Below, one piece after another: positions 28,648-36,169 of a stretch of DNA of 64,000 nt (position 1 is the first letter of the stretch; each line of letters opens with the position of its first letter). Where the stretch lies: positions 321,453 through 385,452 of the forward strand of contig JAHIVW010000003.1 of assembly GCA_018816245.1 (NCBI GenBank), given 5' to 3'. The DNA is from Nanobdellota archaeon (lineage in GTDB: Archaea > Aenigmatarchaeota > Aenigmatarchaeia > QMZP01). Position numbers and translations under genes: made by a program. The notes beneath the pieces are model-generated. The model was not told where the DNA came from and did no database searches. It saw only the letters and a list, made by a program, of their open reading frames with translations.

Positions 28648-29908
28648 ACATCCCCTCCTGTTCGAAGAATTTTCCTTCTTTGTAGACGATATTCCCGTTC
28701 ACAATTGTCATACCGAGCCAGCCCTTCACTGAGATTCCATCAAACGGTGTCCACCCACATTTTGAGAATTGCTGATTGTTGGTAATGGTTTCTTCCTTTT
28801 TCATATCAATAACAACAAGATCAGCATAAAACCCTTCTTTAATTTGGCCCCGTTCCATGATGCCAAAGTGTTTCGCTGGGTGCTCAGCGCAGAGTTTGAC
28901 AATATCACAAAGCCCGAGGGTTCCTTTGTTGACTTCGTTGAGGAGAAGCGGGAGCATGGTTTGAACCCCAGGGACACCACATGGTGCGGTTTCAAAGGGA
29001 GCGCGTTTTTCTTCTACCGTGTGCGGCGCATGATCTGTCGCAATGAGATCAACAATACCTTCCTTGATTCCTTGCCAGAGGGCTTCCCGATCTTGAACAG
29101 AACGAAGCGGTGGATTCATCTTCCCGAAGTTACCATGTTCTTTGAAGAATGAGTTATCAAGGAAGAGGTGATGCGGAGCGACTTCACAGGTTACGGAAGG
29201 TGGTTTGTTTGCCCGGAGGAAGTCGATCTCCTCTTTTGTTGAAAGGTGTGCAATATGAACGTGTTTTTTGGACATGTTTGCTAAGAGCGCTGCCGTCACG
29301 GTTGAGACAAGCGCGGCAAGATTGTCCCGCATCTTATGGTGCATCTTCGTCTCCGCGTATTTCTGGGAGAAATAGGTGATCAACTTCTCGTTCTCCGCGT
29401 GCACAACGACAGGTTTCTTTGTCTGGTGGAGGAGGTGTGCGAGATCTTGTGGGTTATCGAGAAGGAGGTCTCCGGTACTTGAGCCAAGATAGGCTTTGAT
29501 GGCAACGGCGTCGGTGTCGTTGAGAATGTCAAGATTTTCTGTGGTTGCGCCTACATAGAACCCATAATTCACGATGGATTTCTTTGCTGCTTCCTTCTTC
29601 TTTTCAAGATCGTCCTGTGAAATAATGGGAGGACTGTTGTTTGGCATGTCGAGGATCGTTGTGACACCGCCGGCAGCTGCTGCCTTGCTACCGGAACAGA
29701 AGTCTTCCTTGTGTGTTTGTCCTGGATCACGGAAGTGGACATGGACATCAATGAGACCAGGAAGAACGGTTTTCCCAGAAATGTCTTCTTCTATGTCAGC
29801 GGTCAGCTTCTGGCCAATCTGCCTAATGCGCCCGTTTTCAATAAGAATGTCTGCAGCAACGAGTTTTCCTTCAGTGAACACCTTGCAATTTTTCAGGACA
29901 AGGCTCAT
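28619..29908 (-). CDS. pyrC: Dihydroorotase
   Basis: PGLIDVHVHFRDPG, DMPN, VHAE, HLST, KMNPPLR, TDHAPH. Confidence 0.93.
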   Translation of the reverse strand: MSLVLKNCKVFTEGKLVAADILIENGRIRQIGQKLTADIEEDISGKTVLPGLIDVHVHFRDPGQTHKEDFCSGSKAAAAGGVTTILDMPNNSPPIISQDDLEKKKEAAKKSIVNYGFYVGATTENLDILNDTDAVAIKAYLGSSTGDLLLDNPQDLAHLLHQTKKPVVVHAENEKLITYFSQKYAETKMHHKMRDNLAALVSTVTAALLANMSKKHVHIAHLSTKEEIDFLRANKPPSVTCEVAPHHLFLDNSFFKEHGNFGKMNPPLRSVQDREALWQGIKEGIVDLIATDHAPHTVEEKRAPFETAPCGVPGVQTMLPLLLNEVNKGTLGLCDIVKLCAEHPAKHFGIMERGQIKEGFYADLVVIDMKKEETITNNQQFSKCGWTPFDGISVKGWLGMTIVNGNIVYKEGKFFEQEGMYVKDNSRWH

Positions 29909-30525
29909 GCGCGCCTCCATGCGTCTGGGTCCTTACTCCAAGAGAGGACAAGGTCTTTTTGTTCTGGTGTGATGTATCCTGTCTTTGTGGCAAGCATTAC
30001 CACGTCGGTGAATGTTGTTAAGGGATGGAGGGTACATTGCGCCTTCTGGTATCCATCTTTTGCTATTTGTAATTCGTAGGTAAAGATTGCAATGCAGTCA
30101 GTGACGATACCACCAGCAACTCGGACTGCGTCAACAGCACCAAGGGAACTCCCGCCAGTGGAAACCAAGTCCTCGATCACAACAACGTTTTGTCCTTTCT
30201 CGAGGTTACCTTCAATTTGGTTCTGCTTGCCGTAGCCTTTGGCTTTCCTCCGAACATAAACCATGGGTTTCTTGAGTTCCTGCACTAACCATGCTGCCCA
30301 CGCAATGCCTGCTGTTGCGGTTCCTGCGATGACATCGAAGTCAAGTGGTTTGAGGACAGCGAGGAATGCATCGATAATCTTCTCCCGTTGTTCCGGGAAA
30401 CTCAGGAGGAGACGGTTGTCGCAGTAGATCGGGCTCTTAATACCTGATGTGAAGGTAAACGGAGTGTCTGGTTGAAGTGTCACGGCTTTGGTCTCGAGTA
30501 GGATCTGGGCAATGTCCCCTTCCAT
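29905..30525 (-). CDS. pyrE: Orotate phosphoribosyltransferase
   Basis: SGIKSPIYCDNR; VIEDLVSTGGS PRPP motif. Confidence 0.95.
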   Translation of the reverse strand: MEGDIAQILLETKAVTLQPDTPFTFTSGIKSPIYCDNRLLLSFPEQREKIIDAFLAVLKPLDFDVIAGTATAGIAWAAWLVQELKKPMVYVRRKAKGYGKQNQIEGNLEKGQNVVVIEDLVSTGGSSLGAVDAVRVAGGIVTDCIAIFTYELQIAKDGYQKAQCTLHPLTTFTDVVMLATKTGYITPEQKDLVLSWSKDPDAWRRA

Positions 30526-30527
30526 GA

Positions 30528-30647
30528 TAGCCCCGCCCGGATTCGAACCGGGGTCGACGGGTGTCCTCTTTCACAGCGATGCTCTCGCTCAACGCTTTGG
30601 GTGTGAAACCCAAGGCCCGTAATCTTTGACCGCTAGACGACGGGGCT
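30528..30647 (-). tRNA. tRNA-Gln(UUG) with 47-nt intron (30563-30609) at canonical position 37/38
   Basis: Acceptor AGCCCCG/CGGGGCT (A1-U72); anticodon stem ACGGG/CCCGT; BHB with central helix CCTT/GAGG, bulges GGG and ACA, outer helix TTTCACA/TGTGAAA. Confidence 0.9.
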
Positions 30648-30682
30648 GTTTGGAGAAATGATGGACAAGAGAACATTAAAAG

Positions 30683-30892
30683 CTACTTCTTCAGCGCCCG
30701 CATGCCCTGTTGCGTGACCACGTAGCAGTTGCCCATGCTTTCAACGGCCTCAACGTAGCCGAATTCGCGGAGCCGCTGGAGGCTGACGTCGTTGCTCCCG
30801 TCTTTTGTTTTGAGGGCATTCATCAGTTCCAGTTTGGTCATGAGGAGATTCTTCCCCATAAGCTCGAGAATCTTCTTGTCGGTCTCGGTCAT
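30683..30892 (-). CDS. Small winged-helix protein
   Basis: DKKILE...LQRLREFGYVE...YVVTQQG pattern. Confidence 0.6.
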   Translation of the reverse strand: MTETDKKILELMGKNLLMTKLELMNALKTKDGSNDVSLQRLREFGYVEAVESMGNCYVVTQQGMRALKK

Positions 30893-30920
30893 GATACCAT
30901 TTGCCTTGCGTAACATGAGA

Positions 30921-31490
30921 TCACACGCGGAGATAGGTTACTGGTTCGCTGGGAAGAGCGCCAAGATCTTCTCGCAATCGTGCAGCTTTGGCCTTGCCCT
31001 TCAGTTCCTCAACAAGTTTGAGCGCAAAATCAATAGCTGTCGCAGATCCTTGTGCTGTGATAATGTTGCCGTCAACAACGATGCGTCCGGATCGGGGCAT
31101 GGTCAATTCGCGCTCCATGCCTGGGGCCACGGTGGCCCGTTTGTCATGGAGGATGCCACACTTGGCGAGGATAATCGGAGCGCGGTCAATTGCAGCGAGC
31201 AACTTCTTCTGTTGGTTGAACCGGGTAACCATTGAGGTCAGTGTTTTGGATTGGAGAAAAATGTTGTTTGCGGGATCGCCGGAAACAAGGACCATGGCAT
31301 CGAAGTCGTCCGGGTTGATGTCCTTGAGTTGCCGGTCAGCAGTCAGGTTGAGACCATGGGAGCCTTGGATCATGGTTCCCGGGAGACCGGCAGTCACGAC
31401 AGAGAGGCCAGCTCTTTTGAGAATGTTGATCGAGACGATTGCCTCAAGTTCATCAAAGCCTTTGGAAAGTGGAATAAGGATTTTTGCCAT
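30921..31490 (-). CDS. DJ-1/PfpI/ThiJ family protein, nucleophile Cys replaced
   Basis: GFDELE, LKRAG, AAIDRAP (cf. AAICAAP), VVDGNIITAQG. Confidence 0.85.
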   Translation of the reverse strand: MAKILIPLSKGFDELEAIVSINILKRAGLSVVTAGLPGTMIQGSHGLNLTADRQLKDINPDDFDAMVLVSGDPANNIFLQSKTLTSMVTRFNQQKKLLAAIDRAPIILAKCGILHDKRATVAPGMERELTMPRSGRIVVDGNIITAQGSATAIDFALKLVEELKGKAKAARLREDLGALPSEPVTYLRV

Positions 31491-31552
31491 GCACAACCCC
31501 GGATGTGCTTTATTGGGTGCGAACGTTTATATCTGCTTTGATGGAGAGGAAC

Positions 31553-31565
31553 ATAACACCGTTAT
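31553..31565. repeat. Dispersed palindrome ATAAC-N3-GTTAT, copy 1
   Basis: ATAACACCGTTAT between divergent genes. Confidence 0.7.
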
Positions 31566-31610
31566 ACATCCAAGACACCATATTTAAACCTTGATACCCA
31601 CAGCTTGCCT

Positions 31611-32042
31611 ATGCCAGTTATCGGCTTTACCTTCCAACGCCTTGAAGGGCAGCGCCTCGGTGGCCAGCCCACCGGCGAGATCAAGATCAACTCCACTCCC
31701 AAGATTACCGAACTGAAGGAAGTTGGCCTGCCGAACACCGACAAGAAAGGGATTGACTTCACCTTCGAATTTGTAACAGACTACAATCCTGATGTGGGGA
31801 AGGTCACGGTCTCGGGAAACGTTCTCTTTGTCTCTGACAAGCACAAGGAAATCATGGCTCACTGGAAAGAGAAGAAGGCCCTCCTCGATGATATTTCTGT
31901 TGAGGTTCTGAACTATCTCTTCCGTCGCTGCTTGGTACAGATCACTGCGATTGCAGACGATCTCCAGCTGCCGCCGCCAGTTGCGCTTCCTCGCGTGGAA
32001 CACAAAAAGAAAGAGAAGCCTGCGGACAAGGGTGTTGGGTAA
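31611..32042 (+). CDS. Conserved-looking archaeal hypothetical protein (beta-sheet/helix, possibly SecB-like)
   Basis: MPVIGFTF..L...; C-terminal LQLPPPVALP; fold suggestion is inference. Confidence 0.6.
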   Translation: MPVIGFTFQRLEGQRLGGQPTGEIKINSTPKITELKEVGLPNTDKKGIDFTFEFVTDYNPDVGKVTVSGNVLFVSDKHKEIMAHWKEKKALLDDISVEVLNYLFRRCLVQITAIADDLQLPPPVALPRVEHKKKEKPADKGVG

Positions 32043-32045
32043 CTT

Positions 32046-32324
32046 CTAAAGAAACAACAACACAACAAACCCGAGCACGACGAATGCAAGCACAATCAGG
32101 TACAGGATTCCCTTTCCTGAAGCAAAGAAGAACTTTCCAACAAAGAAGGCAAAGATACTGAAGAAAATAATCGTCGGGCCAATTGTGAAGGCACCACCTG
32201 AGGTCACAAAGGAGACAAAGCTTTTCAAAAATGATTGCAACCACTCGACTGCGGTAAAGACGAACGAGAAGCCATTACTCATGATTGTATTTTGCAGGGT
32301 AAACAGCTGCTCCAGAATCGTCAT
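32046..32324 (-). CDS. Small membrane protein
   Basis: Two C-terminal hydrophobic helices. Confidence 0.5.
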   Translation of the reverse strand: MTILEQLFTLQNTIMSNGFSFVFTAVEWLQSFLKSFVSFVTSGGAFTIGPTIIFFSIFAFFVGKFFFASGKGILYLIVLAFVVLGFVVLLFL

Positions 32325-32354
32325 AGGATCCTTTTTGGGTTCTGGACTGATAAA

Positions 32355-32660
32355 TCAGGAAGCAAGGCGTTTCACAAGATCTTTGTAGAAGGAGCGCGCC
32401 CGCTGCAGTTCTCCTTTTCCCTTTTCTGTGAGGGAGTAGACACGCTTGCGTCCTTGCACGGTTTTTTTCACAAACCCGTCTTTTTCCAGAAGGTAGAGGA
32501 CCTTGTACGCGGTCATGGTCCCTGGCCGGAATCCATAGCGCTGCTCAATTGTGGCACGGATCGTATACGCGTGGGTCGGCCCGTCCTTGAGGATGCGGAG
32601 CACGTACACCCAGAGACAGTCAGTGGTGTTGAGTTTCCTCAGGCGGTCTGTCGGTTGCAT
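32355..32660 (-). CDS. PadR family transcriptional regulator
   Basis: LRIL..GPTHAY.I...Y.VL..LEKDG.V....RKRVYSLTEKG. Confidence 0.88.
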   Translation of the reverse strand: MQPTDRLRKLNTTDCLWVYVLRILKDGPTHAYTIRATIEQRYGFRPGTMTAYKVLYLLEKDGFVKKTVQGRKRVYSLTEKGKGELQRARSFYKDLVKRLAS

Positions 32661-32751
32661 GAGATTCCCTTGGTTTCTGGACGTAAAAGCGACTATTTTA
32701 CAATCATAAAAGTATTTAAGGGTCTGGTCCTATGAAAGAACTAGTGATTGC

Positions 32752-33849
32752 ATGGGAATCCGACTTGCTGTCGCCGGCGTGGGAAACTGCGCCAGCTCGC
32801 TGATTCAGGGGCTGTCCTACTACAAGGACGTTTCTGATACGAATGAATTGGTTCCCGGTCTCATGCACAATATCCTTGGTCCCTATAAGATCAGCGACGT
32901 CCAGCCGGTCGCGGCGTTTGACGTGGACGCCCGAAAGGTCGGCAAGGATCTGAGTGAAGCAATCTTCGCCCTCCCAAACTGCACGACCCGTTTTCAGAAC
33001 GATGTTCCCCGCTACGACGTCACGGTGCAGATGGGCCCGGTGCTTGACGGCGTTGCCAGCCACATGAAGGACTACCCGCCACACCAGAGTTTCGTTGTCG
33101 CAGACAAGAAGCCGGTGGATGTTGCCAAGATCTTGAAGGAAACCAAGGCAGACGTGCTCGTCTGCTACATGCCTGTTGGTTCTGAAGACGCGGTCCAGTA
33201 CTATGCACAGGCTGCGCTGGATGCGGGCGTCGCGTACGTGAACTGTATGCCAGTGTTCATTGCGTCAAATCCCGCGTGGGCACGGAAGTTCGAAGATGCA
33301 AATATTCCTATTATTGGTGATGATATCAAAAGCCAAGTTGGTGCGACCATCACCCACCGCGTGCTGACGCGATTGTTCCATGACCGGGGGGTGAAGATCG
33401 ACCGGACGTACCAACTGAATACCGGCGGGAACACTGACTTCCTGAACATGCTTGAACGCGCCCGGCTGAAGAGTAAGAAGATCTCGAAGACCGAGGCTGT
33501 GCAGTCGCAGCTACCGGCACCAATCGAGCCTGATAATATTCATATTGGCCCATCGGACTACGTTCCGTGGCAGAAGGATAACAAGATCTGCTTCATTCGC
33601 ATGGAAGGGCGAAAGTTTGGGAATGTACCGATTGAGCTTGAGCTGCGATTGTCTGTTGAAGACTCCCCGAACTCTGCTGGCGTGGTGATCGACGCGATTC
33701 GGTGCGCAAAACTCGCAAAAGATCGTGGTATTGGTGGTCCGTTGATTTCTCCCTCTTCCTACTTCATGAAACATCCACCGCAGCAGTTCCCGGATACAAT
33801 CTGCCGGAACATGGTTGAGGAATTCATCAAAGGTGTGCGAGAGCGGTAA
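32752..33849 (+). CDS. ino1: myo-Inositol-1-phosphate synthase
   Basis: [50 protein letters not shown]. Confidence 0.96.
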   Translation: MGIRLAVAGVGNCASSLIQGLSYYKDVSDTNELVPGLMHNILGPYKISDVQPVAAFDVDARKVGKDLSEAIFALPNCTTRFQNDVPRYDVTVQMGPVLDGVASHMKDYPPHQSFVVADKKPVDVAKILKETKADVLVCYMPVGSEDAVQYYAQAALDAGVAYVNCMPVFIASNPAWARKFEDANIPIIGDDIKSQVGATITHRVLTRLFHDRGVKIDRTYQLNTGGNTDFLNMLERARLKSKKISKTEAVQSQLPAPIEPDNIHIGPSDYVPWQKDNKICFIRMEGRKFGNVPIELELRLSVEDSPNSAGVVIDAIRCAKLAKDRGIGGPLISPSSYFMKHPPQQFPDTICRNMVEEFIKGVRER

Positions 33850-34000
33850 GTCAGGAAGGAAAGAAGGAGGGGGTCACACGCGAACGCGTGGTCATTCCGT
33901 TGTTGCATGGGGGTACTGATCCATTCTCCTGACCTATATAAAGTCTTCTCCGGACTGCTTCCCGAGTGATTCCCAAATTGAATTGTGACCCACTGTTTCA

Positions 34001-34008
34001 TTTATATA
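34001..34008 (+). promoter_or_regulatory. TATA box of the rpl7ae-rps28e-rpl24e operon
   Basis: TTTATATA about 60 nt upstream of the start codon. Confidence 0.6.
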
Positions 34009-34023
34009 CCCCCCTGCTATACT

Positions 34024-34070
34024 ATAGCCGATATTTGACCGGAGACTGCGGTCGAGGAAGGGATGACTAT
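34024..34070 (+). promoter_or_regulatory. Kink-turn 5'UTR element, candidate L7Ae autoregulatory site
   Basis: D-like CCGA and C-like GGGATGA flank the stem TTTGACCG/CGGTCGAG; overlaps SD and start. Confidence 0.55.
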
Positions 34071-34437
34071 GCCAGGATTTGTGAAATTCGAGGTTGACAA
34101 GGACCTCACCCAGAAAACTCTTGAGGCGATCGGCCTCGCGAAGACGAGCGGCAAGCTCCGCAAGGGTGTTAATGAAACAACCAAGGCACTCGAACGAGGC
34201 ATTGCCAAGTTTGTAGTGATGGCGGTTGACGTGACACCTGAAGAGGTGCTCATGCACGTACCCGTGATCTGTGAGGAAAAGAACGTTCCTTACAGCTATG
34301 TGGTCAGTAAGCTCGAGCTCGGGAAGGCCGCAGGCATTGAGGTACCAACATCCTCGATCGCCGTGATCGAAGAAGGCGAAGCCAAGAAAGTGATCGCTGA
34401 GATCGCTGCGAAGATCAAGACGCTCAAAGGGAAGTAA
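34069..34437 (+). CDS. rpl7ae: 50S ribosomal protein L7Ae
   Basis: GKLRKGVNETTKALERG, DVTPEEV..H.P..CEEK, LGKAAGIEV; alternative start 34063. Confidence 0.97.
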   Translation: MPGFVKFEVDKDLTQKTLEAIGLAKTSGKLRKGVNETTKALERGIAKFVVMAVDVTPEEVLMHVPVICEEKNVPYSYVVSKLELGKAAGIEVPTSSIAVIEEGEAKKVIAEIAAKIKTLKGK

Positions 34438-34439
34438 GT

Positions 34440-34646
34440 ATGGCAACTGCTGCTGAGGTACTGACGATCATGGGCCGCCTTGGTGTGAAGGGCGTCCGGC
34501 GCGTTCGCTGCCGAGTACTCGAGGGCGAGGACAAGGACAAGGTACTCGTCCGAAATGTTGTGGGTTCTATCCAGAAAGGTGACGTGATCATCTTGAAGGA
34601 AACCTCAATGGATGTTGCCGGCAAGCTCCAAAAGCGAGGCGGATAA
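34440..34646 (+). CDS. rps28e: 30S ribosomal protein S28e
   Basis: AEV..I.GR.G..G...VRCRVLEG.DK...LVRNV.G. Confidence 0.93.
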   Translation: MATAAEVLTIMGRLGVKGVRRVRCRVLEGEDKDKVLVRNVVGSIQKGDVIILKETSMDVAGKLQKRGG

Positions 34647-34647
34647 C

Positions 34648-34878
34648 ATGAAATGTTCTTTTTGTTCTGATTCCCTACCAGCAGGCGCGGGCAAGATGCT
34701 CGTGAAGCTGGACGGGACAGTCTTGTATTTCTGCGGCAGCAAGTGCGAGAAGAACAAGAAGCTGGGCAGGCAAGGAAAGAAGTTCAAGTGGACACAAACG
34801 TCTCGATCACTCCGAAAACCAGGCCCAAAGCCACCTGCGAAGAAAGCAGCACCCAAACAATCTTACACCGTTTTATAA
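34648..34878 (+). CDS. rpl24e: 50S ribosomal protein L24e
   Basis: MKCSFC.....G.G.M.VK.DG.VLYFC.SKCEKN..LGR. Confidence 0.93.
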   Translation: MKCSFCSDSLPAGAGKMLVKLDGTVLYFCGSKCEKNKKLGRQGKKFKWTQTSRSLRKPGPKPPAKKAAPKQSYTVL

Positions 34879-34911
34879 ACCACGCCAGCCAACCTCTGTA
34901 GAGGGGGATTC

Positions 34912-35901
34912 ATGGCGCGAGATGCAGTGACACTAACACTCGTTGATTATAACGAGAAACGATTGACCGAGAAGCGGATTGCCTTCATTGACGAGTGCTT
35001 CCGCTACAAGAACCAGAAAAGCGTGACCTGGGTCCATCTCGACAGCTTGAAGAACACCACCCTCCTCAAGTCCATTGGTGATGGATTCGGGCTCCATCCT
35101 CTTGTTCTTGAAAACATCCTTGATGCTGACCAGCGGGCAAAGATCGAAGACTATGGCGACTATCTCTTTCTCAACTTTAGTGGCTTTGCATTTGACAAGG
35201 CGAAACGATTCCTAACGACACCGATCAGCGCGGTTTTTGGACCGAAGTTCGTGATCACCTTTCAGGAAGGTGGTGAGGACTTCTTTGCACCAGTTCGAGA
35301 ACAGATCAGAAACGCCAAATCACGCATTCGAAAAGAAGGACCGGATTACCTTGTATATGCCATGCTCGATGCACTGGTTGACCAATACTTCACGCTGGTT
35401 GACCAGCTTGAAGAAAATGTCGAGCTGCTGGAAGACCGATTAACCCGCACGTCGTCCCAGAAGTCCCTGCAGAACCTCCACACCCTGAAACGACAACTGA
35501 CCCATCTGCGACGGGCCGTCGCGCCGCTGCGCGATGTTTTGAGCAACCTAGAACGCGGTTCCACAAGAATCATCAAGAAATCAACGATCGTCTACATGCG
35601 TGATGTCTACGAGCACATGATCCATCTCATTGAAACAATTGAAACACTCCGGGAATCGCTGTCGGGTGCATTGGATGTCTACCTTTCCCGTGAAAGCGCC
35701 CGCACGAACGAAATCATGAAGGTGTTGACAGTGATCTCAACCGTGTTCATCCCACTGACGTTCATTACTGGTGTCTACGGCATGAACTTCCACTTCATGC
35801 CGGAAATCCCGTCAGTGTACGGGTACCCTGCAGCGCTCCTGCTGATGTTGTCCATCGGCGGTTTCATGCTTCTCTACTTCCACCGGAAGAAATGGGTTTA
35901 G
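34912..35901 (+). CDS. corA: CorA Mg2+/Co2+ transporter
   Basis: GLHPL.LE, YGMNF..MPE signature. Confidence 0.95.
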   Translation: MARDAVTLTLVDYNEKRLTEKRIAFIDECFRYKNQKSVTWVHLDSLKNTTLLKSIGDGFGLHPLVLENILDADQRAKIEDYGDYLFLNFSGFAFDKAKRFLTTPISAVFGPKFVITFQEGGEDFFAPVREQIRNAKSRIRKEGPDYLVYAMLDALVDQYFTLVDQLEENVELLEDRLTRTSSQKSLQNLHTLKRQLTHLRRAVAPLRDVLSNLERGSTRIIKKSTIVYMRDVYEHMIHLIETIETLRESLSGALDVYLSRESARTNEIMKVLTVISTVFIPLTFITGVYGMNFHFMPEIPSVYGYPAALLLMLSIGGFMLLYFHRKKWV

Positions 35902-36164
35902 ATTAATTTCTCGCTCGTTGTCTTGTTCGTCACGTGAATGACGTTCACTGGGCAGGCATCGGCTGCTTCCTTGTGTCCGTTCAGGTCGGTCACGGTGAGT
36001 TGCTCGCGAATGATTTCCCCGTTTTCTTCAATTCGTTCTGCATCTTTCAGATCGCTCTTCCCGTCTGCTGCCATTTCCCAGAACTGCGGGCACACTGCTG
36101 TGCAGGCACCACAGCCGATACAGCCGGGTCGTTCATGCTCGATCAAGAATTGTTCGTCGGCCAT
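35898..36164 (-). CDS. Monocluster ferredoxin
   Basis: CIGCGAC.AVCP...CPVNVI. Confidence 0.9.
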   Translation of the reverse strand: MADEQFLIEHERPGCIGCGACTAVCPQFWEMAADGKSDLKDAERIEENGEIIREQLTVTDLNGHKEAADACPVNVIHVTNKTTSEKLI

Positions 36165-36169
36165 AACAA

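Noticed and set aside
30528..30647. Reading this tRNA as Pro(UGG) to restore U33
   Set aside because: It would break the anticodon stem and BHB register; the A1-U72 pair fits archaeal tRNA-Gln
34861..34876. Partial matches to the palindrome core (ACACCGTT here and at ~43877)
   Set aside because: The arms are not palindromic; probably chance
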